This document shows, piece after piece, positions 15,001-29,300 of a stretch of 64,000 nucleotides of DNA. Below the pieces are notes generated by a model that was not told the origin of the DNA, ran no database searches, and saw only the letters and a program-made list of their open reading frames with translations. How positions within the stretch are numbered: the stretch's first letter is position 1; each line of letters begins with the position of its first letter. This DNA is from Iphione sp. A-MEVVRFRX5 (taxonomy: Eukaryota), in the NCBI GenBank assembly GCA_976226885.1, contig OZ320315.1:78058001-78122000 (forward strand). Reading direction: 5' to 3'. A program made the translations under genes and the position numbers.

Positions 15001-17179
15001 GCGCGGTGAACTCTGGCCCTTTCTCACAGTAGCCTATCTGCATACTGATAGCGAATGTAGTAGGGGCGATAGCCCCATCGCAGGATTGTAGAGCATGTCT
15101 CCAGACAGCACTCTTTCCCACAGAGCTTTGGGATACCGGTGCTAAATTTATGTCTATCAATGGGTGATACGTGGCTAATTCTTTCCCTATTGAAATGCTA
15201 CCAGGTTCTGGTAAAAACATAATTAAAAGAATGTATGTACATGTATTGTATACATGTGCATAATATATACATATGCATTACATAGCGCTTTAAGTGAGTT
15301 TTATTATTCACATGGTACAAGTCTACAACTTAATGGCCTTAAAGTCCATAATATTGGATACAACACTGATGATGTAATTATTAAAGGCCGTAATGGGTCC
15401 GTTGCTCAAAATTATCATGCACGAATAAGTGAATTCACCCCAATCCTTTGGGCAAAAAGCATTTCAAAATACACATATGTTTCGAGATAGAGAGAGCGGA
15501 ACGTGGAGTATATATGCTAAATCAAAGGGAACGGAACGTGCCACATTTAATTTACTTGCTGTGAAGGCTTGTGTTTCCGTATTGGTTTTAGTGTTTTCCA
15601 GTGAGTGTCACTTGGTGTGAATGGAAACCCCTCCCCCTAACTTTCAAGCCTGTTAGGTTAATGTTTTCCACTCGTATGATTCACCGAGTAACTGTTTACA
15701 GTCCTACCGCTGGCTTCCCTGCAGAATGGATGGAGGCATCCTTCTAGCCGTTTCAATTTAGCAAAGCCTGGCAGCGCCATAACTAAAATGCACCAACGTC
15801 TATAGACATTGATGAGTGCCGGCAAGTAATTAAAGCCGACCGAACCTAGTGTCAAATGGCAGCAGTAATGGTTCAATTCTCAGGGACCTTGTTGTTATTT
15901 TTCGTGGGCCAGCTGCCCCACTGTAAAGTGTTCTGGCGAGCCATCCACCGCCCCCACCCCTCAGCCAACCTCCCTCCCCATCTCCACCCAGCTTCACGGT
16001 ATTGCCAGGAATCACACAGTTAATGTTTCTCAATGCTGGCTCGCACTCGACAATGGCAGACACTAATTGCTTCCTAAGTAGCCAATATCTTAATAATGGG
16101 GGCCATGGCGCACCCCCAGACCCCCTGGGTAATTGCAGACCAGACCCCCTGCTGCTACCAGACGAGCTGATCTGATGATGACGAAATCCTGATGGATTCA
16201 AAATTTATTGCAGCCACTGAAATGCTCCAGCTTCTGCCATTTTAACACTTAATGCACCATAACGGCGACCTGCCGCTCTTCCTCTCCATCAAAACCAACC
16301 CCATGCATGGGGTCGCCAATTTCCATAGATGCCCACGTCGATAGAAAAGCTGGACAGATTAAATTTGATATTCATAATATGGGGAGAACCAATCGTGAGA
16401 ACCACAATGCATTCACATATGTGTGGCGGGCTTTGTGTCATAAATAGAATGGAATTGAGATGTCACGCCGGTGCCTTTCCGTCACAACTCAAGAGGCGAC
16501 TCACTCTAATTTGTAAATGTAATTCAGTAATGACAGTGGATGTTTATGGTCAGAGGAGATAAACACGTGAACAAGCGATGCTTATTTTAGTTTCAACTCC
16601 GGAACGCGAAACCTGATACACCGCTTTGTCTGTGGCCAACAAAAGGAGCACTTTCAAATGGAGGTCCTGTGCCAGACAAACAGAGTGGAATGAGCAGGAA
16701 CGGCCCAAGTTAACATTCTGTCGATGCAAGATTGAAGTATGACTGTGCATTGAGTGTTGCCCAGGACCTCTGGACGGGCGCGGACAAGCGACAAAGACTC
16801 TATTTCTCCATTACTTTGCTTCGGGCGAAAAGTCAAAGAACAAAGGCCCATAAACTATTTATTTTCCGCTTTAGCTGATGGCGAATCTCTGCATCTTCCA
16901 TCAGGTTTTGCATTTGCTTGTTATTTACGTTTTCCTCTCGGGCTGCCACGCATCAGCCACAGTTACTTGATGTTAATAAGCAGCCTGAAGCTGCACCTCC
17001 AGAACGGGATATGAGGCTCCTCGCACCGAATAAATTGTATCCAAAAACTGTACAATCAAGCATTTTCCTTCAAGGGGTTACCTAGTTGAGAGAGAAGGAC
17101 ACAGAATCATGGTAAAACCACGTGATGATATTAAGGACCACCCACAGAAAAAACATATACATTTACATTTAGGCTGGAT

Positions 17180-20100
17180 GTCCGCGTGCCCATGTAAGCG
17201 TTACATGTATTTTTATGGACATGAAAGATTATCCTCTAAACCACTCTCACAAAAGTAAACACGGTGACTTTCCATGTGCAGAATGTTTTTCAGCTGTGAA
17301 AACGGGAAAACTTAGTACAAATTGGACAATAATAAAGCAAATTGGCGTGAAAGAAGGTAAATATCATGGAGACTGGTCTGAACACTGAAAAAAATTAAAT
17401 ATTTCATGGAAAGTCGGCCAAAACAGCAAAATTCATGGAAACAAGGCCCCCCAAAACAGCATTTTTAATAGAAACTTAGGTAAAAATGGCAAAATTCATA
17501 GAAACTAGGCTGAATCATGGCAAAAAACACAAGTACATATGTGGTTATGTGCAGAAGTCTGTGGTACTAGTTATCTTTTATCAGAAAAGACACCTTACAT
17601 GAACTATTAGCCCTTTTTTATATACTTCTATGATAAACACACACACGTGTTCCTTGAAAAATGGGACATGTTCCATTTTTCAAACACAGACCATGTGAAC
17701 ACATGCGAATGTGCTACACATTATGGATACTCAGAAACATTCCCTCTCATAGTCCACCCACCTTCCATGCAAGCAAGGTCCACGCCAACAGGCATGCATG
17801 GGAATGTGGCATAAGTGGAGACAAGACAGCAATAGAGGCGGTCTCCTTAATGTATAGTCAAAATATAATGATTTTCCAAAATTGTCCCTGGTCAAAGGGT
17901 GTCCCATGTCTTGGATGCCCCCGGATGTGAGGTTTTACTGTACAGTACATGCATATATGTTCAATATGTGAGGACGTTGATAAAAAAGGAGTCCTCTCAA
18001 AATATGTGCATATTGAAAGGTCTGCGTTGTTTAAACGTGAATTTCCTTAATCTACAGTAAACATTTTGATATGTATGCATGAGGGTGAAGGGTACTAGGG
18101 TTATTAGGGGTCCTATGAAAAAGGGCAAAATCGCAGGAATTAACCTCACATGTTTCTCTATGGATGTCTACATTCGGCAGCAATAGCAATAGTATGAGTT
18201 TTTATGGCAGTTTGATTTACACATGCCTAAATTCGGTGACATTATAGGAACATTTTGCAACTTGGTCCAAATATGTTCATTTCGATAATCATACTGACAA
18301 GGATGATCTCTCTCTCTGTGTGTCTGTGTGTCTCCCTATCTCTCGCTTTAGGCTATGTTACTATGCACATGTATTTTCACGGGCATGTTGGCATGTTTCT
18401 AGCGTGTTTTCGGGGACAAGGCAAAATAGCATGAGTGTATTCACGCATGTGTTTTGTGTCTAGCCGTGGCGCACTTATGAAATAGGAAGTGTTCCATTTT
18501 CCATGGCGGCATGGACCATGTTTTGGCTACGAGTGGCTTGGTCAGCTATGTTTCATGCCAAAAACAGCTTATTTCGTCATATTTACTCCCATTTTCTCAC
18601 GTTTCCTCCCTTGTGCTTAGCAGTTTTGTCATTCTTTGGGCAAAATTTGCATAAATCCGGTGAAAAATACATGAATTTTGGAATTTGGGGGATGAATTTG
18701 CATTAATTCTGCCATGTTCGACTGTTTCTGCCGAGTTGGCATAAATTTTTTTTGGGGGGGCTAAATTTTTGTGAATTTTCCTGCTTTTCTGTCGTTTTTT
18801 TTTTCATGGCCAAAACATGTACAATGTAGATGTTATGTTCATTTATACAATGGATATCAGATTGACTTTCTGTGGTGAAAAACATGGTGACATGGCAACA
18901 CACATACATGGAAACCTAGCCTTAGGCCTGGTTTCCAAGTGTATGGTTTTTTTTCCCATACTCCGTGCTGGTGTGGAAAATCAGCTGATTTTCCAGACCT
19001 CTACTGACACTCGCACACAGACAGTTTCCATGTGTATGGGTAGCTGCCTGGTACACACACACATGCAGAATGGCCAAGAATCTATGATAGATCTACAGAA
19101 TTTATGATAGATCCATATTTTGCTGATCAGAAGAGATGCCACTCGAATCTGTGTAAATGGCAAGTTCTTTGTGCTCATTGGAAGGAATTCCCCCCAAATC
19201 TGTGTACATGGCGAGTTTTTTTATGCAAATGATATGCAAATTGAATAATGTATCACATCAGCTAACATATGTTAGACTTTTACCTTCTTTAAAGGACCAT
19301 TTCAATATTCTACTGGTCCTTGGGCATCTGTACTGGGGAAAAAAATGAATATGGTCCGTTTTCAATCTCCTGATGGCTCTGGACATAAAGCACATGTACA
19401 CATGGAACACCGTCTGTTAAAATAAGTGCAATTTTTTTTCCTGGAGCATGTGGGCCATGCTCTGGAGGAAATCTCCATACACCTGGAAACTGGGCCTTAT
19501 TCTAAGGCTGGATGTTCATGTATGTATGTTTGAACGTTGGCTATGTTCTCACCTCTGTGTGCTACCGAGTAAGTGGCTAAAACAATTTCACACCCTTCTT
19601 ATGTATGCGTGTAAGTGTGGACTGTGCTTGTCAGAGCATGTTTATAACCACTGAAATAGCAGAAAACAAGGACAGGGTGTTTCCATGTACGTGTTGTTTT
19701 TTGGGCATGGGAACATGGAAAGGTGGCAGAAATTAGCCAATAATAAGGCAAACTGGTCTTAAAGAAGGCAAATATCAGGCAAATTCAGCTGAAAAATGAA
19801 ATAAAAAAGCATGTTTCATGGAAACTCAGCTGAAAAACAGCAACATTCGTGGAAACTCAGCCGAAAACAGCATATTTCATGAAAACTTGGCAAAAAAACC
19901 CAGCAAAATTCATGGAAACTCGGCTGAAAAATGGCAAAAAAGCATATGTACATATGCAGACATGCACAGTGATGTGCAGTAATGTGCAGTAAAATGTCCT
20001 TTTCTGCAAGAAACAATAGAGATATTGTCTATTTAACCCCACTTTTCTTATACTGCTATAGGAAACACGAGCCATGGTCTGTGGAAAAGTTCAATTTCTC

Positions 20101-20330
20101 AAACACGCTCACACATGGAAACACCTGGACACACATACATAGACACTCATCATGTTAACCACTGCTCCTAAAAAATATGCTTTGAAACATGCACGCACAG
20201 ACACAGAGACACACATACATGGAGACTTAGCCTAAACCCTTGGAAACATACTTACCCATAAAAAGCAAAGTGTGGATAAAAACACTGCATTACTCGCACA
20301 TCTAAAACCTGTCATGCTGAGAAAAGTGGT
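17180..20330. repeat. Degenerate complex repeat with ~30-bp subunits in direct and inverted orientation
   Basis: Subunit ttcatggaaactcRgctgaaaaacagcaaaa is tandem at about 19810-19940, more diverged at about 17400-17520, and appears as reverse-complement remnants at about 18640-18810. Downstream blocks at about 17540-17720 and 19940-20150 also resemble each other. Boundaries approximate. Confidence 0.55.
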
Positions 20331-23300
20331 CGCAACGATCCGTACACTAATAGAATCTTATCAAAGAAATATCGTACATGGTTGACTGATCTCATACATG
20401 TGCATATTCATGGAAACTTACCTGTCTGTGTTTACACGCGTATGTTCTATCCGTGCGTATTTGCATGGATTTGCTGCTATCTATGGATGACGGCCATACG
20501 GCATTTACTCGTGGTAACCAGGAGCACGGACGCCATTAAAACTAATGCCTATCAATATTTGTTAGTGAAATGAAAATTTACAGCATAGAAGTATTTACAA
20601 ATGAGGCTGTATTTTAGTGATGCAAAAGGTATAACGTATTGCAACCATTAAACAGGTTTAGATATAAAATGCTTGTATATATGGCTCTTTTCATGTTTAA
20701 ATGAGGCATAGGTGAACATGAAAAACGACTCGTTTTCATTCGTCTTTAGAAACTTGTGAATGATGATGTTCTCATTGTACAAACCGCATAGAAATGACAG
20801 ACCATTAAACACCCATTATATCAATTAACTATTGAAATCTGTAGGTTTTCGTTGACCAACAAGTATCCCAATGTCTGTAAACGGTTGGTTCGTCCATTAT
20901 TAAAATGACTTATGAACTAACGCACTGAAAATGCAGTAGCAAATGCGACAGGCCTCGTTACTCTAATGGAAGGGAAAACAGCGTTGGGAGAGAGCATTTG
21001 TAGTTGCTTGCTGATATATTACAGATTCACTTTGAAGTGCACGGTTATGTCAATCGCGAGCAGAAGAAGTGATGGTTTGGTCAGGAAATTCGTAATCGGC
21101 ATCAAATAGTGAGCATTTTTTCATATTTTGTTGCGTTTTACCTCTGTGAAACTGTGACCAACCAACAAACTACGTGATTATAACACCTTGTTATTCAGGA
21201 GAACATTTTAAAACGTCGATACGCTTTTGATACGCTCTACCGAAAGTGCCTATCGGGAACCATAAACATGACCTTCCGCCACTACATTTGACACTCGCAC
21301 GTTTTTCCCTTTGCAGACGACATTTTCGCCCAGACAGTGATAAGTCGATTTCTAATGGCGCGCACCACTTCATGGTGACTGTCGTTTACCTGATAGATTG
21401 CCAACACAGCTGTCAATCAAAACGGGTAGCCCAGGCCGCACGCTGACGAGCCACATCAATGACAACGTGTTAATACGATAAAAGAGGTGCTTTATATTCA
21501 TTCAAGCAGCCAGCCTCCGGGAACACGCCAGGCGAATTGCTAATGGAAGCTCTAAATAAAATTTGCCCACCGTTAATTGAGGCGCCGCCCTCAAGAGGGC
21601 GATAGCGGTGTCATTTTGACAACTGCCCAGCGCGCATGTGCCGCGCTGAGTCATCAAAAATGATAGAAACCAGCACAAATTGAACAGAACAAGTTTTGTA
21701 TTGGCAGTCCTAACACCATCAGGGGCCCCTTTGTCTTGGTGAGTGTCTCAACCATAAACACCCTCTAAACACTTCAGGTGCAACGGGCAGGGCGGATGGA
21801 GAGCAAACTCTTAAACAGCTGTTACCTTAATTAACCAGGCAGAGGGAACTTGAAAAAAAAAATCCGAAAAAGCCTGCAAAACCTAACATGCCAGTGGGAA
21901 CATGTGTTATGCACACAACTGGTGTTGTGTGTTAAACGAAAAACATTAATTGACGCAATGGAAACACTGACCAGCATTTTATGATGAAGCTGGGAGGGCA
22001 CGACGTTGACATGATACCAACAGTCGTCTAACGAGTGGAACTTATAGGCCTTCGTCCTAACTAGCAGTCAGTTACTCTCATCCTTAGACATGATGGAGGG
22101 TGCCACTTGGTCATGTACGAGAGACCCATGTCGGGACGTGCTGTGAACGATTACAACCGGCAGCATAACCCTAACCACTGCCACCATGCGTCCCGCCACC
22201 ACCCTGCCACCTCTCAACATGTGTTTAGGTCACATTTTGACAACATAAGAACATCATCATACCACTCAGTCAGCGATTACACCATGCATGATAATTGAGA
22301 GTCATGAACTCTACCTTTTTATCTTGGCATTCCTGACATGTTAACTACTTTGAACATTGAACCGATTGAAAATAGGGACATCCGCATCTTGGGCCCATTG
22401 TCAGGGTTCAGGTTTGTTCGTGTGATGTTCATCACTCGGCCATGTTCTAGATAACCCGAAAGGTACTGTACATGTACTTCAGTCAAACAAAGAAACAAAA
22501 CAGGGGTAATGTGAATTCCTGTCAACAAATTCTTACAAGCATATGCAAATCAATCACATAGTATTGAAAGATTATCACTCTTGGATCTTGTTATAAGCTA
22601 TTTAAACGATCCTTACCGCTACTGAGGCATTTTCTACGTCATACTCGATCCATTAAATTGCCTCACTGCACGAGGGAGGTGCGGAGGTACCGAAAGCTTC
22701 ACAAATATATCCGTGCGTTAAAAGCCAAACCTTATTGTTTGCAGTGGGGTTTGTGTTCCTGCAAACACTCCGCACGTAATTAAGTTAAGAAAAAGTACGT
22801 TTTACCTAGTTTCGACGACTTCGTGAATACGTGGTATTTTGTTCTTACCTGAAACAGGAAAAAAATTTGTCATTCGATGTGCATTCGATACCGAATAAAA
22901 TACAACATAAATAAATTGACAGACATTTTACACAGCATCCCTCTTATACATACAGGTCAACATTTGCATCTTTACATGTGTATGAAAGTAGAATGGCATG
23001 CATATTGAGTGCTGTATGATGCACTCGAAAATAAACAATGGCATGATGTATTTCTCTTAAGCTGTTAAAAAGAGAAAACAAAAGGTTATCACGATAGTTC
23101 AAGCTTTATTCGGGAATGAGGTAACTTTCCTTTTTGATACTGCCCGAATAATGTCACTTAGCTGCATTAGCTGGTGTTCACATGTACACGTACGAAAAAA
23201 TATGTACCTCCTGTGGATACTGCATTTTAATTGCTTCCGTATGTTAACCATTTTCTTTTCACTATAGAAGTCTATGGAATCTGTCTGAAAGTGTTTGTAA

Positions 23301-26300
23301 CTATAGAAATGTATCCTGGACGGGTTTGTAAAATACATGTACGTGTCCAGAGATAAAAAAAATACAGATACGGTTATATGTGAAGGCTATACTTGATTAT
23401 TACATAATGGTCAAAAAACTATGGTAACGGAGATGTTAGATGTAAAAAAATATTGATTCCTGTGAACCTCGCCTTACTCTACGAATGTATAGATAAACAG
23501 GACATTATTTTGTCCGCATCACCAAAAACTGGTGCAGAGATCTTTTTTTAACGCTACAACTACACCCAGAAACGTCATGAGAATTGCAGGCCCCAAACCT
23601 CATGACTGTGTGGCTTACAATAGCGGTGTTATTCAGTGGGAAAGACTGTACAGACAGTAAAGCACACGCAGTCCAGGAGTCCCCCTCCCTTTCGGGGCGG
23701 CGGATCAAAACCCTTTCTTGTCTGAGAGTAAGTTCCACAGAGCTTTATTCGGGGTTTGAGGTTTATAAAAGTATTTTCTTAGAATATAATCTCCTGTTAA
23801 CATAATTATTGCAAGAGCGTTACGCGATGCATATATCGTGTTATCGGTGGTGGAGCCCTGAGAGGTCGTCCTTGGGTAACCTCATCAAAATTAGTGATAG
23901 TCCACCACCCACAGTTCTGGGAATAATTACGAGCGGAGTACCTTCTCTGGGGCACCATACCGGCATCATTTACGACAAGCTTTGAGAAGAGGGAACCCGG
24001 AATGGGTCTTGTGAGGGCCCGCATCATCGACTGCCGCCCTGCAGGAGTCGATGTTCAATATCGGCGGCCTGAGGGAGGATAATGACGTAACAGCGAGACG
24101 GGTTGGGCGCGGTAAGCCTACATAACGGTACCACTCTGGGTCACTTCCATTTACCTTGCGCTCAGCTCAACAGCGCTGGAGATTGCATGGCCTCTTCTCA
24201 AGTGTTAGTGGAGCATTAACCCCCAGGCTGGTAGGAAGGCAATGAACAGGGGTGATGCGATTATCAGATTAATACGGAGACTCTCAGAGAAGACCTCCCT
24301 TTCCTTGTGGAGGATGTCCCAACCGGAGCATTAACCCAACAGGGCGAGCAATCCCGAACAGCCTTGCGCCGTTGAAGGCAGACACCTACCACAGTTCAGA
24401 GATCGTTCATAGATATACTCCTTTTTGTAGTGTACTCAAGCTGCACTACAATGACTCCATCCCTGGCGGTACATATGTTACTCATTCCATTTCTGTATTG
24501 ATTTCGTGATCTTAGTTCATACAATATATTTTGGAATGACTCTGGCGTAGGATAGCTCTGCCATTATGGGAATCATTCCCAAAGGCTATGTCTATTCTGA
24601 ATATTTCTATATTGGTTCCCAGGCTTTAATTATATCTCCCCACCTATTACTGCAATATGCTTTTTGTCGTACTGACTTCATATACATCCTTGTAAGAAAA
24701 CCAACCTTACCACTGTGGGAAACACTGAGGTTGCTACGATAAACATCGAGTCCTGACATCAACCATGCAACCCTGTTTCATCAAAAGAACATATCCTCCT
24801 TAATAAGGGACAAATTGCACACCAATTACGGACCGAGGTTTCCAACAAATGCTACCTAGTATTGTCCATAATCCGGCATGTGGAAGGAAAACAGGCCGGG
24901 GCATTTTCATGACAATGTCACTAATTACTCGTGGGAAGATGGGCATGTGACGTTTGAAATGGGGGTAATACAATTACAATGACTATTGTCATTTCGCCAA
25001 AGCAATGCTGTCTGGCAACACGTGGTTTGCGGGGAGATTTGCCGTAAATTATATGGCTGCCACGATGTTAAAGATATCAGTGCGAATTACAATTAGGCAC
25101 ATTCATATTCTTTCTGGTTATAGCGCTTCCGTTATTACGGCTGGTGTAGGTGAAAAGAATCAACTGTCTTTCCAAGGTTTTGAGCCGTTGTTCTCAGAAC
25201 TTATGAGATATTGAAACAAAAGGTCTGTCCGCCTGTAAACAAACCATTCTAAACATGTATGTCGTTTTTTTTATTTGTATCGATTTTGAAATCACTGTGC
25301 ACGATACTGTCTGTACAGAGTCTCAGAGAATGCACGGCAATGCATTAGCAGTAAGCATCTAGGTTCTCCTTGATGACTTTTAATTAGGGCTGCTATCAGA
25401 TTGAAGAAGTAGTTACAAGCAGACGGAAGGGACAAAAAGCGATGCATTCTAATGACAATTAGGAGGGTTAATGCAGTGGCATATATAGCGACAGCCGTTG
25501 CTCTCCAGGTCGACCCAACACCGCCTGGTGGCAGGTGTCAGTGACAGACTGTGGGGCGTGGCGGTGAGGCTGGTCAGTGCCTGGCCTGTGCCCCATGTGG
25601 AAGGTATTGCTGAGCCATCAGAACAGCAATAATTAGTTCGGTCTCACTCCCCGGACCTGCATTGTGACGGGTGTACATTATGTCACATATCACGACACGT
25701 TTTAATTTTATACTTTCGCCCATGGCTTGAATAATGAATATGCGTCCCTCCACTCATCAGCGAGATATGTCAAGGAAGTCCAATTGAAATCCCAGAGAGG
25801 GCGGTATCAACCTTCTGCCAAGGTCCACGCTCTGTTCTGCAAATCCTGCGTGAGAAACTTTCACCAGAAAGCCAAAACAGGATTGGCCTGTAAAATTAAA
25901 CGATTAGCCTTGCACAGTCAACGAACAGTTCACGCGAGCGTTTTCAACTATATTTCATTAATTGACTGCCATGATGGGGTAAAACAAGTATTTTTGTTGG
26001 GATCTCTTCGTTTGTTCCGGGGAGTTCGTTATACAGGTAGAAGCCGCCGTTTTTTCCCCCTGACTCACCTGCGAGAAGTAAAGGGGGCGGTGGCCTGACT
26101 CGTCTCATCAATTATTCACTGCCCGCGGACCACCGCGCAGAAACCCACGTTATAAACCTATCAGAGCCTTGCATGCCAGCGGAAAAGGCCACGATTTTAT
26201 GGCAACTACAACACGTTCCGATAATATCGGCCAAAAGCGTACATTGCCTGACATCTTGCCCAGGTAGTAAGGTCAAGGTGTAGCGAGGTAGATTTCACCT

Positions 26301-29300
26301 CGATATATTTATTGATGGGTAGGGCTTTAAGCTTTGCATCGGACATGTGACCAACAGGCAACATCTCTGCATCAACAGGCTATATACCACCTACACCTTT
26401 CGGTATACGACTCCTCCACGCGGACTGGTATAGTTAGACTACATACTAATGCTGCTGGTCAGATTTCAAAGTGGTTAAGCACCATATATGTGTACATATC
26501 TGGTAGGACGGATCTAGCACACGTTATTGCACAGATCATAAACATGATATTAATCTCAAATCCATGCCAGTCAGTTTCATGGTCTCGTGGTGGTAGGAGT
26601 ACCGGTTCTCCAGGTTCGTTGTCTGTAATTGGTTCTAACATATGTAGGGCGGTGATTGTCAGATGTAAGCAGTATAGCACATGTCGTTTTTAGACAGGGA
26701 GCAGAATACTTCGCTTTCCTGCGCTTCAGGCGGTACGGAAAGCACTACCGAGCACAACTCAGCTGTTGATGAGTTGGCTGATGGATAAGAGCACACAACT
26801 CAGTCATTATTTACTACCTGCCTCTCCTTTCATCCTGCCTGAGAAACGTAAACCAACCATCAGTGAACAATCACCGAATGAGAAGCCGGCTGGCGATAAT
26901 ACTCTACTCCCTCTACGTTTCTCTTCATTCACATTCGCTCCATTTGCGCAAAATGGGTCACGTTGATTTTCACGTTTTGTTCCCTTCGATTCGTTCCACA
27001 CAGTGAGTTCATAGTCGCTCTAGTTTGTAACTATTGTCACGGCTGCTGTGCTTGCATTTTTGGTTTTAAAATAACGTGCGTGTGGTGTGCATATTGTGAC
27101 TTCAGGGTTAAGCTGATGACCGCAAATGGTAGGTTTCAATGTAAAAACACGATTAGCATGTACTAATGCTTTTTAACCATGCCACGACGACTGCTTTACC
27201 TTTTGAACTACATTTCCATGACATTCGTTACATTTTAGAATAATATTTGTAAATAGTAAAAACAATCCACATTTCTCTCATTTATCTTAAAAGAAAACAA
27301 TTTACGACAAAAAATATCTTTTTACTTTCATATCTCCCTCCCCTAAAATGCTTTCTTTTCTTTTCTGTTTCTCCACTTTTACGTGTCCCGTCTTTCGCAC
27401 TCCCCACCTCCATATGTTAACGTTTCTTCTTTCTTTTCTATTTCTTGCTCCCTCGGTTCTGGACTCTGGCATTGATTTCCGGGCGTGTTTAATACAATAT
27501 ATGCTGGAGAGTTACCCTCTCGTGGCCATAATCCCTTCTTCTCGTGTCTGATACCATCACCTTAAAGGTTTTTCGCCCAAGTACCTTCTGGCAAGCGACG
27601 TCAAACAGGAGACACGTAACAATCAGATTAACAGCTCCATGCCTTTTGAATTTCGGTCAAACCCATTACTTTAATGTGGATCTTTATTGCCTGGAAGGTC
27701 AAAGTGAATAGCATGTTCTTTCTGCTGTGTCACATATATAAAAAGAAATACATCTATAGAACAGAGTATATCATAAATGGCGACTTGGTCTTTCTGCCGT
27801 TCTCCATAAAGAGCATCAATGGTGTTTGTACGCACATCTATAACATGAATGAATCATTCCCCTGCGAACCAGTAAAGATGAATAGCTTTGCCAGCAATTA
27901 AAGAAACAATCATCATTAAAAACAACAAGTTTACAGGTTATTTCTCTTTGTAGCAAGTGCTACTCGTTTGTCGTACAAAGTGTATATATAAGTCAGTTCT
28001 TTTGCTACACATGGTTAAGCCGACCAAAGTGTTTGTTAGTATGAAAATAATATTCCCAAGAAATACACATAATAACGTATATTGTACGTTAAACATGAGT
28101 ACCAACCAACAGCGATGCTGTTTTACTTGTATGTGTAACCTCCATTTACAACGAGTGCGTCGTTGAACGAAGATTAAGCATAGAAAAATATGAACAGTCT
28201 TAAAAACGAATATCCCCAGTGGTCTTTCCGTGCTTGTCACGAAGTTAGTAGCACGTACAAGCTTCTTCTCGATGTACCACAGTGATGGATGGCATATTTA
28301 TGTGCAGTGCCACACCATTTCCCAGTCAGCATGACCACAAGACCTTGCCCTCTTCACAGCGAGTCCCAACTCCCTGTATGACCTCAACCAAACCACCAAC
28401 AGCGAAGGCCCCCCTCTGCCTTTGGTCACCCAAATGCCACCATATCCCCGATAGAAACTCCAGCACACAACCTCCACATCATCACGCCAGTGATTTGAGA
28501 GACACAACAGGAGGTGGCGGGGGGTCTTGTGATCAGGAGGCGACGCTGTTGCTGCCCTACATCCCTGATCGTTGCATTTCATGCTGTGAGCACACGCTCC
28601 TGCGCACTACTTGACTAGTAATAACCGTTCGTGATACCATTGCTCACGACTGCAAGGACAGTTGCCGCGTGCTCAGACTGCACTGCCTTATTCCTAATTT
28701 ATCACTCATATAGGTAAGGGTGGTAGGATTTTTCTTGTAGAAGAGGGGGTTGTCTGAAGGTGGAAAGTCAGTCTTGAGCTGGTGATGATCAAAGTGAAGA
28801 CGTGTGAGCCACTCATTAGCTGCTCATTAGCAAGGTTTCGTGAGCATCGTTCAGTGATGGGTACTGGGAATTAGGAGAGACGAACTAACTCATGGTTTAT
28901 AACAGTTATTAATAGTGAAGACCGCAAATACGCTGGTCTTGCCTATAGCAATCCCGAAACGGGTTTCTCGATGATATTGATCCTGAAAATTGACCTTTTA
29001 CTGCTGGAGCCCCTTGTCACGTTGGACTTCCTCGGTGCCTCGCCTGCAAAGGTTCCCAGTGAAGTTGTTCTGCCACTCGGCCGCCTCCTGCTCGTCTTCT
29101 GCTCGTCTCAACCCGCATTCCTGCACACAGAAGAGCGTCTGAATGCAGCCGCTGAGTACTAATTAGCCAGCTGGACCAGGACAAGGACACGCAGCTGAGA
29201 AGCGGCCATTATCGTCTTAGTGAGCAGCTCAGCGCTACGGCGAGCAGCTCGCGTCGATGCTGAAGGATGGACAAAAGTTCAAGAGCCTCATCGGGCGGCG

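Noticed and set aside
14693-15220. 175-aa minus-strand ORF
   Set aside because: No recognisable domain, non-ATG start in the track, random-looking composition.
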